Below are positions 63,331 through 64,000 of a DNA stretch of 64,000 nt, one piece after another. Every line of letters starts with the position of its first letter. Positions within the stretch are counted from its first letter, which is position 1. The translations under genes and the position numbers were made by a program. Below the pieces are notes generated by a model, which searched no databases, was not told the origin of the DNA, and saw nothing but the letters and a program-made list of their open reading frames with translations. This DNA is from Oligoflexia bacterium (GTDB taxonomy: Bacteria > Bdellovibrionota > Bdellovibrionia > JABDDW01). The stretch is taken from positions 562 to 64,561 of the forward strand of contig JAYTHU010000094.1 of NCBI GenBank assembly GCA_043732305.1, given 5' to 3'.

Positions 63331-64000
63331 TTAGTACGCTGCCTCAGTCACTCTGTGGCTGGGGTTGGCGTTGTTTGACTGATTTTCGCCCTGTTTAATC
63401 GCAACAATCGTCCCAATTGTAACAACACTTACTCCCACCCAAAACCACGGGGATCTAGTCAGTTTTGAAAACCAACTATTGCCACGCTTTACTGGGGTAA
63501 ATTCAGATTTACCTACCAAGTCAATTTTTTGCACTAATTTTTCTTCCTTGATAGGAAGTCGTGAAATTTTTGTGACATCTTTCATCAATGCTTTTGGAAT
63601 GTCTCCGGGAAGAGTTGGGGTTTCGGCGACGATCATGATTTGTCGGCCCTTGAGATCGAACCAAGAATCCCCGTCGTAAACTCTGAGACATCTGCCATCA
63701 TCAAACACGGTGACTAGTCTAGTGTGCGCAGGCAGGAAGAGTTTTTTGTCCACGCTGGGTTGTTCACAGCTTCCAAGCACAAGCGGTTCTGGTTTGAATA
63801 CGAATGAGATGAAGTTATCGCGACTGCTGATTCCCGTGATATTTTGGGCTTCGAAGTTTTCCACCTGCCATGAACTTCCTGGAATCAAAACAGCCCATTG
63901 ATGTTTCCCGGTATAAACCTTAGTTTTTCCAGAGACTTCAATAAATTTCTGTCCATCTAAGTAAATGAGACTCGAGCGTGGCACTTGAATTTTCAAAGTC
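63331..64000 (-). CDS. Hypothetical C-terminally membrane-anchored protein, possibly partial.
   Basis: The first in-window Met is at 63996. If that Met is not the true start, the reading frame would continue past the window end. It has a C-terminal TM helix (WFWVGVSVVTIGTIVAI) and a short N/Q-rich tail. No recognised domain. Confidence 0.4.
   Translation of the reverse strand, partial: TLKIQVPRSSLIYLDGQKFIEVSGKTKVYTGKHQWAVLIPGSSWQVENFEAQNITGISSRDNFISFVFKPEPLVLGSCEQPSVDKKLFLPAHTRLVTVFDDGRCLRVYDGDSWFDLKGRQIMIVAETPTLPGDIPKALMKDVTKISRLPIKEEKLVQKIDLVGKSEFTPVKRGNSWFSKLTRSPWFWVGVSVVTIGTIVAIKQGENQSNNANPSHRVTEAAY

Noticed and set aside
1-64000. Searched for CRISPR repeats, tRNA/rRNA/tmRNA-like sequences, and transposase, integrase or phage genes.
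   Set aside because: I found no regularly spaced direct repeat array beyond the 4x AGTGG operator, no cloverleaf-compatible intergenic segments, and no recombinase-like ORFs. The window looks like conserved core chromosome.

Overview
This window reads as a contiguous stretch of core chromosome from a Gram-negative, flagellated, predatory-type (Bdellovibrionota-like) bacterium. That assignment is an inference from gene content and order only. I see no rRNA, tRNA, CRISPR, transposase or integrase signal, so it does not look like an accessory island. The visible blocks, in order, are:

- **1-11552, minus strand:** two tandem lgt paralogs, lspA, ileS, a Gln-rich hypothetical, a sigma-54 response regulator with a CHASE2 histidine kinase, and a class A PBP.
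- **11602-13850, plus strand:** a tandem DUF507 pair and a 500-aa outer-membrane beta-barrel ending in a clean rho-independent terminator.
- **13939-14856, minus strand:** an unusual Zn-ribbon/TM protein with a secretin-like C-terminal fragment, divergent from the dcw cluster.
- **15066-26379, plus strand:** mraZ-rsmH-ftsL-ftsI-murE-murF-mraY-murD-ftsW-murG, preceded by a four-repeat MraZ-type operator, and stopping after murG at a bidirectional terminator.
- **26456-29491:** a secreted low-complexity protein divergent from a KamA-family radical SAM gene.
- **29697-32006:** uvrD/pcrA.
- **32100-34624:** a three-gene envelope cluster of a lipoprotein with HExxH, a small outer-membrane barrel and a DxDxDG calcium-repeat protein.
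- **34616-37850:** a split manC (cupin plus NTP-transferase), a SPOR-domain protein and suhB.
- **38549-49752:** a complete flagellar export and regulation operon, fliL-fliM-fliN-fliO-fliP-fliQ-fliR-flhB-flhA-flhF-flhG-fliA, driven by a textbook sigma-54 -24/-12 promoter.
- **49760-56812:** a PHA-like small gene, rpoH and a secreted protein on the minus strand, then hisS-aspS and a lipid kinase on the plus strand.
- **57044-61154:** a standalone FliG-C-like gene convergent on an orphan Tad-type module (REC-histidine-kinase hybrid, cpaC secretin, cpaF ATPase) with no pilin or platform genes visible.
- **61350-63311:** a secreted protein with a long Q/N/G-rich prion-like tail, divergent from that module.

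The most novel-looking candidates are the orphan secretin/ATPase/REC-HK/FliG-like module with its Q/N-rich secreted neighbour, the Zn-ribbon-secretin-fragment protein beside the mraZ operator, and the PASTA-tailed FtsI.
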